Positions 1 to 13,300 of a DNA stretch of 64,000 bases are shown here, one piece after another. Under the pieces are notes generated by a model. The model searched no databases. It was not told where the DNA came from and was given only the letters and a program-made list of their open reading frames with translations. The DNA is from a virus (Duplodnaviria; Caudoviricetes). Within the stretch, counting starts at the first letter, position 1; each line of letters opens with the position of its first letter. The position numbers and the translations under genes are program-made. The DNA is taken from IMG/VR virus record IMGVR_UViG_3300032290_001086; one strand, 5' to 3'.

Positions 1-1
1 A

Positions 2-3000
2 ATTAACACCGCATTTACTTCAAATGCAATCTTTTATTATGACATTGAAGGTCAATTAGTTTATATGGATTCAAATGCAATAAAATTTGAATCTGATGGA
101 ATAAAAATAAAAACAGATTTAATTCCAGAAATTCTATACCTACTGGTCAATACCAATTTGTACGAGGTAAGAGCAATTGATTATGCAATAAAAGGTCCTC
201 AAGAAGTTATTAAAATTATTAGTTATAATAAATTTAGAGTACTAAAACCAACTGATTTCTCCGAAGAAGGTATAGATGAAATTTTTTACACCACAGATTC
301 AATTAATACCATAGGTGAAATTTATACAGCTTCAATTTCAAATAGTGGTTCAAATTATATTTCACTTCCAGAAATTTCTGGTGTCTCCAGCAATACTGGA
401 AGTGGGGCGTTGTTACAATTTGATTCCAATACTATAGGGCAGTTAAAGAAATTTAATTATTCAATAGTCGGAGAAAAATTTACTACTAATAAAACTATAC
501 AATATGATTTAGATATTCCGTATGTTGCAAAAATTCTAGGTAACTTTGAAATTTATGAAGTTGAGATAGTTTATGGTGGAGTTGATTATATTTCAACAGA
601 TAAAATTAAAGTCAACGGTCAAATAAATCCTAATTTTGAATTCAATGTAATCGCAAACCGAGGCACTATTCTTTCAGTTGAAGTTATTAGAGGTGGATTT
701 AATTTAACATCAATTCCAACATTAACTGTAGATTCTTTAACTGGTACTGGAGCAGTGCTAACTGCAAAGATAAGAAGAAAAAGAATATTCGCTAATGACA
801 TATTGAAATTAGGAAATAATACAAATGAATCCACTGCTAGTATTAAAAACTTTGATCCATACGGATCCACATTAGAATTTAAAGTACTTTCGGGAGAAGT
901 TCAAGAATTTGATACTGTATACACATCTGATGGATTTCCATATGGAAAAATAGCTCATATAAGAAAAGCATCTGCATCTGCAAGATCTAATTCATATTCT
1001 TCTATAGCTCCAGAATTTTTAAATAATTATGGATTCCTTAATGATAGTACTCAGAAAATTTTAGATAGTAATTATTATCAAGATTGGTCGTATACATTAT
1101 CTTCTCAGCAAAATATAACTGATTGGAAGCCTGAAGTAGAAAATAATACCCATGCTGCAGGATTTAAAGTTTTTGGTAAAAAGGCAATTCAATCAAGAAA
1201 ATCAAGATTTGAAAGAACAGAAGATATTGTAAAGAGTTCTGTAGTATTTTCTGCCAATTTCTGGAGTTCTGCTACTACACCAGTTAATTTAGGACTTAAA
1301 CTTTCAAAATGTACCGAACAATATATTGCAATTACTAGAATTGATGGGTTTAATGTTGGTGATTACATTTATGGAGCTTCTAGTGGAGCAAAAGGAAAAA
1401 TTTCTTCTATTGAAGAAAATTATATGGAAGTTCAACTTATTGCTGGGATTGAATTTGAGATAGGAGAATATGTTTCAACTGTTACCATTGATTTTATTAA
1501 TGGGATTGATGAAGAAACTAAATCTAGTTTACTATTTTATAGTGGTATTTTACAACAACCTTTTGTTGCATATTCAGTTTCTGACACTAATATTATTCCA
1601 AAATTTATTGTTAATGACGAAGATGAACTAACTTTGTATACAATTCAAGGAAAATTTGATGTGTTAGATGTTTATGCTGCAAATACTGGTAGTACTATTC
1701 CTCTTACAGCAATTGGACTTCCATTTACTCCTGCAAATAAACAACATTTATTAATCTCGGTAAACGGTATCGTTCAAAATACTTCTGACATTACTTTAAA
1801 CGGTAACATTATCACTATTACAGAATCTTTAAGTAGGGGATCTAGATGTTTCATTTTACATACAAATACTTTAAACCAATTAATATTAACTAGAGTAAAT
1901 TCAACAACATATACAATAAATTATACTCCATCTACATCTCAACAATTAGTATTATTTGTACGTGGTGTCGGTCAGTCCCATCTATTAACTGATTATACGG
2001 TATCTGGAAATCAAATAACATTATCTGAGTCAATTGAAGGTGAGATATTTGGATGGTTTATTAATGAGCCTGTAACTGCACAAAGAATTTTAGCACAAGA
2101 TTTAAATGATAGAAAAATTCTAGATTCAAGAAATTGTACTATTGCAAGGGTAACAGAGTTTATAGAATCTTCTAAAATTGATTATGATTATGGTAGAGAT
2201 TCTATATACGAAGTTAATAAACAATTGATTGATGGAACTTTAGTATCAGATTCGGATAATCAAACTGTATTTGGATTTGACACTAAATTTAAACTTACTA
2301 CTCCAGAATATTCATCAAGTTACGGTGAAGTAATAAATCCTATAGTATTTAATGGAGTAAATACCACTTATGCAATGACTTTCTCTGATGGTAAGCCATA
2401 TACTCCAAAAAATGGAAAAAATTCAGTTATTGTTAATGTCGATAACAAAGTTTTAGATTCTACTCAATATAACATTAGTGGTTCTAATATAACATTTAGC
2501 ACAGTATATAGTTCTTCAAATTATTGTACTGTTACTGACTATATTAGCTCTCATATAGTAAATGATGGAAACCTTTCTAGTGCTAAATTAGATGATCTTC
2601 AAGTATCATTTAATGGAACTAGAAAAACATTTAATTTATCATATAAGGGAGTTCCTCAGTATGTAAGGAATACTACTGATGTGTTTACGATTAAAAATAA
2701 CCTATTTTTGATCCCAGACACAACTTCTCATACAGTAGCTCAAAATAAGATAACATTAACTCAAGCTCCAACTTCTTCTGATAATATTAAATTTGCATAT
2801 TTTAATAGACAATTAGGATTGACTCCAAACACCAATTTAATTATTGATCCTATTCAAACTTTTGACGGAAATTTAGATACATTCCCTATAACTATTGATG
2901 GTGTCCTGTTTACACCTGTTAGTGTTTATAATTTATATGTAATTCGTTCTGGTGTATATCAAAGACCAAATATTGATTTTACTACTAGTACTTCAAATAT

Positions 3001-5662
3001 AACATTCTCGCAAGCTCCAGTTACTGGCGAAGAGATTATAATATTCTACTCATACAACAACTTAAATATAAATCAATATCTTACTGATTTTATATCTAAT
3101 GGTAGTTCAAGCACAGTAAATCTTGGAATGATTCCTCCAAATGAAGATGATTTATTTGTACTAAGAAATGGAGTATTTCAAAATCCATTGATTGATTTTA
3201 CTTTAAGTAGTAGTAATTTGACATTTACTACCCCATTAATTTCAGGTGAACCTATTTTTATAATGTATACTACAGCATCAATTAAAATTGGAGTTACAAG
3301 TGCGGTAAATAATACAATTGTATTAAATACTATGGATTATAATACACATATTAATGGTGTGTTAAGTCAAATTCAATCAATGATTTTATATGTAAATGGT
3401 GTTCCAAAAATTTACAACAAAGACTACACCATAAGTGGCACTACAATTACTTTACTCGGACCAGCTATAGATTCAACTACTACTGTATTTGTAATTAAAT
3501 ACCCCAATTTAACATTTGTTGATGATATTGAATATTTCCCTGATGGAAACAGAACGAGATTTAAGCTTCTCTATAATGGTCAAAACTTAACTCAATCTGA
3601 AATATTAAGTGATGCTGATATTTTAATTAGTAAAAATGGAATTATACTAGATCCTGGAACTCAATATAATATTAATGTAGCTAGAACTTTTGTTGATTTT
3701 ACTATTGCTCCTCTTGCAAATGATAATTTAGTTGCAATTAAAATGAATAATAGTGTTCATGTTCCTTTAACATTAGTAAATGGAAATACTTACTCTACTA
3801 CTGCAAATATCACAAGTTATAACTTAAAAAATGTCGTAATATTTTCAAACAATACCTGGAAATTTTATGATGCTGGCGATTTCACATACAACTTCACCAA
3901 TTCTAGATTTACTTTATCCTCTTCACATACAACAGGAGTTTTATTTGGAATTATTTTTGATGGGGATTTTAAATATCTAGATCAACTTAATACTCCATTT
4001 AATGGAACAAATAACTTATTCAATATGTTTATAGGTGAAGAGAATTTTATTCCAGATACATATACAAGTTTAACCCCTGTCGCTTCAAATATTGTAATTA
4101 ATAAAAATGGTAAAATTCTAGATCCAGGTGTTGAGTATACATTGAACGGAACCATTGGAAGTCAAGTTCAATTTTCTGTTGCTCCTATAAGTTCAGATAA
4201 AATTGAAATACGTTCTATTGGGCATTTTGTAAAACTTGATTCTATAACTTCTAATATTGCTGGTAATACTACATTTAATTTAAGATTGAATGGAACTCCA
4301 TATTATCCAAATGGAACTATTGAAAGACCAAGAAAACATGAGAATCAATTAATTGTATATAAAGATGGAAATATTCAAAGTCCTTTATATGATTATTATG
4401 TTGACAATGATAAATTAATTTTTATAAATCCTTTCACTGCGTCTAAGTTAGTAATATTAGATTATGTTGGTACATATAAAGATGTAGAAATTACTGATAC
4501 CAACTATACAATATCAGTTGGAGATAAAATTCAACTTGGTGGTGAATTTGAAAGTAGAAAAGTTACTGAAATAGTATCCCCAACAATATTAAAAACTGAA
4601 ACTTATACAGGAAGAAAAGCATCTGGTTTTTCTGCTATTGCGGCTGTCAATTCTAGTTCTAGAAAACTTACTGGTATTACCATCATATCAGGTGGAAGTG
4701 GTTATAGTTATCCCGTGATATTAAGAACTAAGGGTATCGGAATTAGTGCAAAAGCAGTAGCAAATGTTGATCAAATTAAAGGTAACGCAATAACTACTCC
4801 AGTAACAATTGAATATAATGGAAGAAATCTATTTGGAACTCCATCTCTAATTCCAACTACATATGGATATGTGTATAATAAAAATATTCTTGAATCATCA
4901 TCGGTATCAATTTCTACTATATTAAGAACTTCGCTTAATAATTCTTCTGAAATTATTAAATTAAGAAATTGCTTAAACTTCCCTCAAAATCCTCCTGTAA
5001 TCGAAGTAGTAACATTATTAGGATATCCTGGAGGCTCTGGTGCTGTTTTCAGAGCATTTGTAAGCAAAAATAGAATACGAAAGGTTGAAGTTGTTAGTGG
5101 AGGAAGTGGGTATAATGAAAAATATACCGTATTAAATGTTACTGGTGGTGGAGGATTTGGTTGTCTATTAGTTCCTACTATTAATACTACCACAGGAGAA
5201 ATACTATCTGTTTCAGTTAAAAATGAAGGAGAAAGCTATGACACATTTAAAGCAATAATTTATGATGATACAAATACTATTCAATCTGAAACTATAGAAT
5301 ATACCTATAGTTCTCATATTAGTAATACAATAGTTGTAACAAATTACACTGGCAACGGAACTACAACAGTAACTGCATCTGTTGCTTCCACCTCTGGATT
5401 TACAATTGGTGATATAATTACTATTTCTGGTGCTTCTGGAACTCAGCAAGAAAAGTTGAATGGAAGTTGGTTAATTGCATCAGTAAATACTAGTAACAAT
5501 ACATTCACATTTGTTGTAAATTCTTCAGTAACTTCTGGAATATATTCAGAAGATTTGGGAGTAAGTACACGAACTGTTGATACATTATTTGGTTGTACAA
5601 GATCATCTTCTCCAATTAGTCATGATTTGAACTCCAAAATTTATTCTGATAATTATCTATAA
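2..5662 (+). CDS. Large baseplate wedge / structural protein, gp7-like (5'-truncated)
   Basis: The frame is open from base 2, so the true start lies upstream of the window. It has the DSNYYQDWSY...W...HAAGFKVFG motif of cyanophage gp7-like wedge proteins and many beta-rich repeats. It lies directly upstream of gp8. Confidence 0.7.
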   Translation: MNTAFTSNAIFYYDIEGQLVYMDSNAIKFESDGIKIKTDLIPEILYLLVNTNLYEVRAIDYAIKGPQEVIKIISYNKFRVLKPTDFSEEGIDEIFYTTDSINTIGEIYTASISNSGSNYISLPEISGVSSNTGSGALLQFDSNTIGQLKKFNYSIVGEKFTTNKTIQYDLDIPYVAKILGNFEIYEVEIVYGGVDYISTDKIKVNGQINPNFEFNVIANRGTILSVEVIRGGFNLTSIPTLTVDSLTGTGAVLTAKIRRKRIFANDILKLGNNTNESTASIKNFDPYGSTLEFKVLSGEVQEFDTVYTSDGFPYGKIAHIRKASASARSNSYSSIAPEFLNNYGFLNDSTQKILDSNYYQDWSYTLSSQQNITDWKPEVENNTHAAGFKVFGKKAIQSRKSRFERTEDIVKSSVVFSANFWSSATTPVNLGLKLSKCTEQYIAITRIDGFNVGDYIYGASSGAKGKISSIEENYMEVQLIAGIEFEIGEYVSTVTIDFINGIDEETKSSLLFYSGILQQPFVAYSVSDTNIIPKFIVNDEDELTLYTIQGKFDVLDVYAANTGSTIPLTAIGLPFTPANKQHLLISVNGIVQNTSDITLNGNIITITESLSRGSRCFILHTNTLNQLILTRVNSTTYTINYTPSTSQQLVLFVRGVGQSHLLTDYTVSGNQITLSESIEGEIFGWFINEPVTAQRILAQDLNDRKILDSRNCTIARVTEFIESSKIDYDYGRDSIYEVNKQLIDGTLVSDSDNQTVFGFDTKFKLTTPEYSSSYGEVINPIVFNGVNTTYAMTFSDGKPYTPKNGKNSVIVNVDNKVLDSTQYNISGSNITFSTVYSSSNYCTVTDYISSHIVNDGNLSSAKLDDLQVSFNGTRKTFNLSYKGVPQYVRNTTDVFTIKNNLFLIPDTTSHTVAQNKITLTQAPTSSDNIKFAYFNRQLGLTPNTNLIIDPIQTFDGNLDTFPITIDGVLFTPVSVYNLYVIRSGVYQRPNIDFTTSTSNITFSQAPVTGEEIIIFYSYNNLNINQYLTDFISNGSSSTVNLGMIPPNEDDLFVLRNGVFQNPLIDFTLSSSNLTFTTPLISGEPIFIMYTTASIKIGVTSAVNNTIVLNTMDYNTHINGVLSQIQSMILYVNGVPKIYNKDYTISGTTITLLGPAIDSTTTVFVIKYPNLTFVDDIEYFPDGNRTRFKLLYNGQNLTQSEILSDADILISKNGIILDPGTQYNINVARTFVDFTIAPLANDNLVAIKMNNSVHVPLTLVNGNTYSTTANITSYNLKNVVIFSNNTWKFYDAGDFTYNFTNSRFTLSSSHTTGVLFGIIFDGDFKYLDQLNTPFNGTNNLFNMFIGEENFIPDTYTSLTPVASNIVINKNGKILDPGVEYTLNGTIGSQVQFSVAPISSDKIEIRSIGHFVKLDSITSNIAGNTTFNLRLNGTPYYPNGTIERPRKHENQLIVYKDGNIQSPLYDYYVDNDKLIFINPFTASKLVILDYVGTYKDVEITDTNYTISVGDKIQLGGEFESRKVTEIVSPTILKTETYTGRKASGFSAIAAVNSSSRKLTGITIISGGSGYSYPVILRTKGIGISAKAVANVDQIKGNAITTPVTIEYNGRNLFGTPSLIPTTYGYVYNKNILESSSVSISTILRTSLNNSSEIIKLRNCLNFPQNPPVIEVVTLLGYPGGSGAVFRAFVSKNRIRKVEVVSGGSGYNEKYTVLNVTGGGGFGCLLVPTINTTTGEILSVSVKNEGESYDTFKAIIYDDTNTIQSETIEYTYSSHISNTIVVTNYTGNGTTTVTASVASTSGFTIGDIITISGASGTQQEKLNGSWLIASVNTSNNTFTFVVNSSVTSGIYSEDLGVSTRTVDTLFGCTRSSSPISHDLNSKIYSDNYL

Positions 5663-5668
5663 TAAATA
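5661..5668 (+). promoter_or_regulatory. T4-type late promoter (AATAAATA)
   Basis: NATAAATA motif about 40 nt upstream of the gp8 ATG. Confidence 0.6.
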
Positions 5669-5706
5669 GACAAAGAACTAACAAACAAATTTAGGGACTA
5701 CAAATA

Positions 5707-7314
5707 ATGCCAGCATTAGTAACTGACAATTTCAGAGTCTTTGCCGCAGAGCAATTTATTGAGTCATTGGAAGAACCATATAATAGTTTACAAAATCCAG
5801 TAGCAGATGAATTGAGTGCTGCGGCGCAAAAATATAGAAGTAAAATTTATTTATTTATTGGTCGTTCGTATAATTGGAATGCAGAAAAATATGATGGAAT
5901 TTCATCGGTTGATGAATTTAATCCACCAGATCCAGTAGATTCATATGATGAAGTAAGTGAAATTTATGACGATATGATTTCACTCAAGAGAGTTACTAGA
6001 AGTGATGTTTCTCAAGTTATTAGAAGAAGAACTTGGCAGGCTAATACTGTATATGATATGTACAGAAATAATTATAGTCCTTCAAATTTATCAGCAACTG
6101 GACAATCAAAACTGTATGATTGTCAATTTTATGTAATGAACAGTAACTATGATGTATATAAGTGTATTTACAATGGACAGAATCCAGAATATCCAAATGG
6201 AAGACCTTGTACATTAGAGCCAACAGGAAATAGCACAAGTATTATTGATAATGTTTCAGTTGATGGGTATAAGTGGAAATATATGTATACATTATCAATT
6301 TCAGATTATATTAAATTCGTATCTACAGATTTTATTCCAGTAAAAACAAATACTACTGTGCAATCTGCTGCTGTAGATGGTGCAATTAATCAAGTAGTAA
6401 TTAAACAAAGAGGATTATCAATTTCTGCTGGTACATATTATGCTCCAGTTATTGGAGATGGTGGACTTGGAAATAATGACACAAAAGCTATTGTTCGTAT
6501 TGTGGTCCCAGCATCAGGAACTAATAATCAAACAATAGATGTTGCTGAAATTTATCAAGCTGGAAGTGGTTATACATATGGAAAAATTGATTTAGAAGAA
6601 TGTTACACTACTGAAGCTGCAGCGTTAGCAAGAAACGTAGCAAAAACAAGTATTGGAACTTCTGGAAGCATTGAGGTAATAATTTCTCCACCAGGAGGTC
6701 ATGGTTCTAATGTTGTCAAAGAACTTGGTGCTTATCGTGTAATGGTACATAAGAGTTTAGACTTCTTAGATGGTAATGGTGATATTCCAGTTGATATGGA
6801 ATTTAGAAGATTTGGACTAATTTCAGATCCTCAAACTACAGCAGATATAGATTACATTGAAAATACTGCTACAGTATGTAAAGCCATCAAGTTCCCATCA
6901 ATTTCTACTAAAAATTTCTTAAACGGAGAAATAATTCGTCAATCTTCTACTGGAGCAAGAGGAAGAGTTATTCACTGGGACTCAACTACTAAAATTCTTA
7001 GATACTATCAAAATGAATATATCAGTGCTACTCAAACTAGTAGCCCAACAGTAAATAATCCAGATCTGAACAAAAATAAATCAATTCCTTTTTCTGGAGA
7101 AAACGAAATTACTGGATTGACTAGCAATATAACACTAACTCCAGATATTACTTCTGCAGGTACTGTTACTTTATCTGGTATTTCTTTTGTTACTGGATAT
7201 GCAAATAGTGAAATTAAAAAGTACAGTGGTGAAATTCTTTACGTAGAGAATAGAAAGGCAGTAATTAGATCTAATGACCAGATTGAAGACGTAAAACTTG
7301 TTCTAGAATTTTAA
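5707..7314 (+). CDS. gp8: Baseplate wedge subunit gp8
   Basis: Typical gp8 motifs YVMNSNYDVYKCIYN, DGYKWKYMY and C-terminal GEILYVENR...QIEDVKLVLEF; synteny with gp7 and VrlC. Confidence 0.9.
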   Translation: MPALVTDNFRVFAAEQFIESLEEPYNSLQNPVADELSAAAQKYRSKIYLFIGRSYNWNAEKYDGISSVDEFNPPDPVDSYDEVSEIYDDMISLKRVTRSDVSQVIRRRTWQANTVYDMYRNNYSPSNLSATGQSKLYDCQFYVMNSNYDVYKCIYNGQNPEYPNGRPCTLEPTGNSTSIIDNVSVDGYKWKYMYTLSISDYIKFVSTDFIPVKTNTTVQSAAVDGAINQVVIKQRGLSISAGTYYAPVIGDGGLGNNDTKAIVRIVVPASGTNNQTIDVAEIYQAGSGYTYGKIDLEECYTTEAAALARNVAKTSIGTSGSIEVIISPPGGHGSNVVKELGAYRVMVHKSLDFLDGNGDIPVDMEFRRFGLISDPQTTADIDYIENTATVCKAIKFPSISTKNFLNGEIIRQSSTGARGRVIHWDSTTKILRYYQNEYISATQTSSPTVNNPDLNKNKSIPFSGENEITGLTSNITLTPDITSAGTVTLSGISFVTGYANSEIKKYSGEILYVENRKAVIRSNDQIEDVKLVLEF

Positions 7315-7360
7315 ACTAAATAATATCGAGGAACGTACTAAACTCTGAAGGTTTAAATAC

Positions 7361-10300
7361 ATGCAAAATACTAAGACTAATTTATCTCCATATTTTGATG
7401 ATTTTGATAGATCTAAAAACTATCAAAGAGTACTCTTCAAGCCAGGAACTTCAGTTCAATCGAGAGAACTAACTACACTACAAAGTATTTTACAAAATCA
7501 AATTGAACGATTTGGTCAGCATGTATTTAAAGAAGGATCTGTAGTAATTCCTGGTCAGGTTGGGTACGATCTATTATATAATGCTGTATTAATTCAGCCA
7601 TTAATTATTGGAAATAGTGTAGAAAATATTAGAGAATCTTTAGTAGGAAAAACTTTAAGAGGAACCCTTTCAAACGTAAAGGCAAAAGTAGTTAATACAA
7701 TTAGTGCAGAAGAATCAGAAAAAAATTATATTACATTTTATGTAAAATATACAGCATCTGGAAATATTGTAAATAATGTACAACAGACAAAATTTCAAAA
7801 TAATGAAGTTTTGGTAGATGAAAATAATAATCAAGTAGCAGTTACTGCGGTAAGAAATGCTAGTGATTATACTGGTAGTGCAGCATTCATTACTAATGGA
7901 GTATATTTTATCCGAGGATTTTTTGTAGAAGTACCAGAGCAAAATATAATTTTAGATCAATATAGTAATCTTCCAAGATATAAAGTTGGATTGGATGTAA
8001 TAGAAAGCATTATTACTGCAGAAGAAGATAGTACAATATATGATAATGCAGTAGGTTCTTCAAATTTTTCTGCTCCTGGTGCAGATAGATTACAAATTAG
8101 AACAATATTTACTAAAAAAGATTTTAATTTTAACGATACCTCTTCATTCGTTGAACTTTTACGTTTTGACGGAGAAAAAGTAATTCCAGTTACAAAACTG
8201 GCAGAAAATTCTGTGTATGCAGAATTAGAAAAAAATCTAGCAAGAAGAACATATGATGAATCTGGTAATTATACAATTAAAGGATTTAATTTAAAAATTA
8301 GAGAAACTTATAATAATGGTGAAAATAATGGGGTTTATAATTTTAATGAAGTAACTCCAACAGGGGAGAAAGTTTTAAATAGAATTCCAAATCAAACTGA
8401 TGGTTTGGCTATTGATGGTAGAGATTACTATACAGTAGAAATTTCTCCAGGTAAAGCATACATCAAAGGATATGAAATTGATAATAGAGATAAAAAATAT
8501 TTAACCATTCCAAAACCAAAGAAATCTTCATCTGTAAATAATAGAGGTATTGTATCTTCATATGGTACATATTTTGAATTAAATACTTCTAGTATTAGAG
8601 GTATAGTTCAACCAGGAAATACCGTATTTGTAAAAAGTACTACAAATAATGTAGATACAACTTTAGGAAAAGCAAGAGTTTTATCTTTATTAGCTGATGG
8701 AAAATTATTTGTTATTGATTTAACTTTATATGTCATAATTACGGTAAATGTAAATCTTCAGAATACTTTACAAGTAGGAGATTTCATTATTAGTAATCAA
8801 GGTGCTCAAGGAATTATTGAATCAGTTAGCCCTGGAACTTCAAATAGCACAATTACTTTACGACAAGTAACAGGAACTTTCTATCAAGGTAATACTATTA
8901 AAAATAGTAGAAATACTACTACATATTCAATCGCTAGTGTAAAAGCAAATAAAATTGAAGAAGCTTCAAAAGTAACATCAACCTCATATAATTTTACTGC
9001 AAATCTTGCATTGGAGCAAGTAAGTTTAAGTGGAACAAGTTTTAGAGTTAATAATAATGTCTTGACTGGAAGTTCAACGAATTTTCAAAATGAAATAACA
9101 ACTCCAATGAAGGTATTAATTGGGGATACAATTTCCATTGCGGTCACAAAAGGAGCTGAATCCTTAACTTTAGATAATACTGCAACAAATGGAACTTATT
9201 ACAATGTTAAGAAGTTAGTCCCTACATTAAAGAATTTAAACCCAACTCAATTCTTAAAAATTTTAGATACTGCTATTAAGTCTACATCTGACTTTACATA
9301 CTATAGAACAGTTACTGAAGTTAAAGTAGTAGATGTAGGAGGAATATTTACAATTTCTCCTACAGAAGATGTTACATTAGTAACAGAAGGAATTTTAGTT
9401 ACTAATGTAAATGGAATAGTTGCTCATGCTGCTACGTTAATAAGCTCATCTAGTATGAGAATTCAAGTTGCATCTAATCTACAAGGAACTGAAGTATTTG
9501 TAACGTATAAGAAAAGAATTAATAATCCTTCATTAAGAACAAAAACAGCAAGAAAATTTAAGTTCTTACAAGTTTCAAAAAGTATTACAGATTCTGCAGT
9601 TTATGGAACTAGACTAGTTGATAATGAAATTTCATTGAAATTTCCAGACGTATATAAAATTCATGCCATTCATGAAGCAACTAGATCAGATATCCAACAA
9701 ACAGAATTTATTGATAATATTTCAGTAAACGATTCAAGTGATATTAATCCTGGAGATATATTAACCAAGGATGATATTTCTGCAAAGGTAATTTCCAAAG
9801 ATGGTTTAAAGTTATACGTAAAATATGCTAATGAAACTAAAAAATTTCCTGTAGGAAGTAATTTAGCTATTCAGATTGTAGTATCTACTAACAGACAAGT
9901 TACAGGTAGATATATAACATCTTCAGTATATGGAAAATATAGAGATATTACAAGTAGTTTTCACCTAGTTAAAAATGATTCTGGAGAAGCATATAATGTA
10001 TCAAAATTAGTAAGAACTACAAATAGTCCAACACCTATTAATAAATTTGTTGTAATCTATGATTATTTTGAACATTTTAATAATACTAATGATTTTTATA
10101 CCGTAAATTCTTATAGTATTCAAGAAGTTAATTATGAAAATATAACTCTAACCTCAGATGGATACCCTTATACTGATATTGTAGATTTCAGACATGAAGT
10201 TCAAAGTGGATCTACTTCTGGAGGTACACTAGAATCTCCATATGAAGAAAATACTTCAGCATTGGATTACTATTCCATTCCTAGAATAGTTACTTCATTC

Positions 10301-13300
10301 TCATATCCTGGAGAAGTTATAAGTTTAGATTATGATTGTTATCTGGGAAGAATTGATAAACTTTATATTGATGAAAATGGTCAACTAACAGTCATCAAAG
10401 GAGCAGATTCATTAACTCCTAAAGAACCAAATGAAGTATCAGATAATTTACTAATCTCCACAATTAGTATACCACCATATATGAAAAATGTATATGATGT
10501 TAAAGTGAAATTTGAAACTAATCCAAGATATACTATGAAAGATATTTCAGTTCTGGAATCTAGAATTAGAACTATCGAAGATACTACATCATTGAACCTA
10601 TTAGAAGTAAATACTAATACTCTTAATATTACAGATGCAGATGGAAATAATAGATTTAAAAACGGATTTGTAGCTGATAATTTTAAGTCTCTTAATTTTG
10701 CAGATATGAATAATCCTAGTTATTCTGCATCTATTGACATTGAAAAGGGTGAGATGAGACCATATCCTTATATTAACAATGTCAACTTAGATTATGATGA
10801 AAGTATATCTACTACTTTAAAAGTAGGAACGACAGTAACTCTACCATTTACAGAAATTTTATATGCAATTCAGGATTATGCAAGTAGAGTAGAAAATTTA
10901 CAACCATTTGAAACTGTAAACTGGACTGGAGAAATCACAGTTACTCCAGATAGAGATGTATGGTTTGATACCATCCGAACTCAAGGAGAAGCTCAAGAAT
11001 TAGACTTAGAAACTCCATTTAGAGCACTATTAGATGCTAGTGGTGGCGTTGGAGATGTTTGGGGAGAGTGGGAAACTAATCAAATTAATCAAAACCGAGG
11101 CTGGGGCTGGGGCTGGGGCGGTTGGTGGTGGAACTGGTGGGGTTGGGGCGGCGGTCCTACATTCTCTGAAACCCAGACTAGAGATGGAAGAAGAAATACA
11201 TTTACTCCAACAAATCAAGATATTCAATTGGGTGATACATTCAATGGAATGACAAACATTAGATTTGCAAGATCTAGAATTATTGATTTTCTTGCAGAGA
11301 AAATGAAGCCAGAAACATTCTTCTACTTCTTTGCTGATGGAAATGCTGCAGATACTATTGTATATCCTAAAGATATGACAGGATTGACTGATAGATCTGG
11401 AACATTTGTAGTTGGGGAAACAGTTAGAATGTATCCATTTGCTACTTTTGGTGCTAATGCTCCATTTATTACAGCAACTGTTGTAGCATCACCATTTGGT
11501 ACTTATGGAACGACTTCAACATATTTAAGTCTTGGAGTTATAAACACTCCAGATTCAAGTCAAGTTAATCCTACAAATATCGGAAGCAATATTATTATTG
11601 TAGGCCAAAATTCTAATGCTACGGGAAGATTACAATTAACTACTCCTAGATTAAAATCTAATGCAGTTGGAGTAATCCGAGCATTTGTATTATTACCACC
11701 AGAAACATATGAGACTGGAGATATTAAATTTGCAGTAAATGACACTCTTCAAACTGAAGTAGGAGGAATTTCTAATTCAAGTGCTGAAACTACATATTCA
11801 ACTGAAGGCACACAAGTTCAACTAACAAGTAATGTATTATCAGTTTCTAGTGCAGAGATTACCAGTACGCCATTACCAACACAAACAAGAACTTTACAAG
11901 CAGCAAATCCTTGGTGGAATCCACCAAATAGAGACCCAATCGCACAATCATTCTTTGTAGAAGAAGAAGGTGGAATCTTTATTTCTTCGATTGAAGTATA
12001 TTTCCAGACTAAGGATAATTCTGTTCCAGTTTCTGTTGAATTGAGAACCATGGAAAATGGTACAATTACAGAAACTGTAATTCCATATAGTGTAGTAACT
12101 CTTTCCGCAAGTCAAGTAACTAGTTCTTCTGATGCAAGACTTGGAACAAGATTTACTTTCCCAAGTCCTGTATATTTAAAGCAGCAAACAAATTATGCTT
12201 TTATTGTAAGAAGTACGTCAAAAAATTATAAAATCTGGGTATCTAGACTTGCTGAACAAGATGTAGCTACTGGAGTTTTCATTGATAAGCAACCATTTAT
12301 TGGATCTTTGTTTAAATCGCAAAATATGGTTACATGGACAGAAGATCAATTTGAAGATATTAAATTTAAACTTTACAGGGCAAAATTTGATACAAATGTA
12401 ACCAAGAAGTGTGTATTAAAAAATATTGCAATTCCTGATATAGATCTTCGTTCAAATCCACTTTCATTTACACAAAATAGCAGCAGCATTACTGTTTTCC
12501 ATTCAAATCATGGTCTACATGGAAATAATAATTTTGTAAAATTATCTGGTGCAATTTCTATTGCTCCTGAAACTACATTAGTAAATGCAATTTCTTCTGG
12601 AAGTCAAGTTGGAGCATTTCAAATTGGTAGTACAAATGATTCTACAGAATGGACAAAAATTAATAATGTAAATATCTCTGCCTCAAATCCAGGATACATT
12701 GTAATTGAAAATGAAATTATTCGTTATAATTTAATTAATGGTAATTTAATTACAATTCCAGATGGAGGAAGAGGACAATTTGGTACTACTGCTTCTCCTC
12801 ATGCTGCAGGATCAACAGTTTATTGTTATAATTTAAATGGAATTCCATTAAATGCACTTAATACAGTACATCAAATCACTGAGGTAATTGATTTAGATAG
12901 TTATAAAATTTCTGTTCCACAAAGAGCGAATACTACTGTAATTTCTGGAGGGAACAATATAAAAGCAAGCAGAAATATTCCTTACGAGCAACTATATGCT
13001 AATGTAAACATGATTGTTCCTGCATCATGTGATGCTAATATGACATTTGATAGTGTAAGAAGTAATAGCATTTATGGTTCTAATACCTCATTTGCTAGAA
13101 TCACAGGTGAATCAATTCAAAATAGAACTACAAAAGAATTAACTGAATCTAGAGCAGTTCTTTCCGAAATTAATAAAGGAACATACTTTTCTAATATTAA
13201 TGGAAGTTTAACAGTCTCTGTTAATCTTTCTACTAATTCAGATAATGTAAGTCCAATTATTGATGTTACTGGTTCTTCTGTAACTACAATTTCAAATAGA

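Noticed and set aside
11034-11252. Alternate-frame 72-aa ORF with AGAGAG repeats
   Set aside because: A by-product of the G-rich tract in the VrlC-like gene, with no initiation signals.
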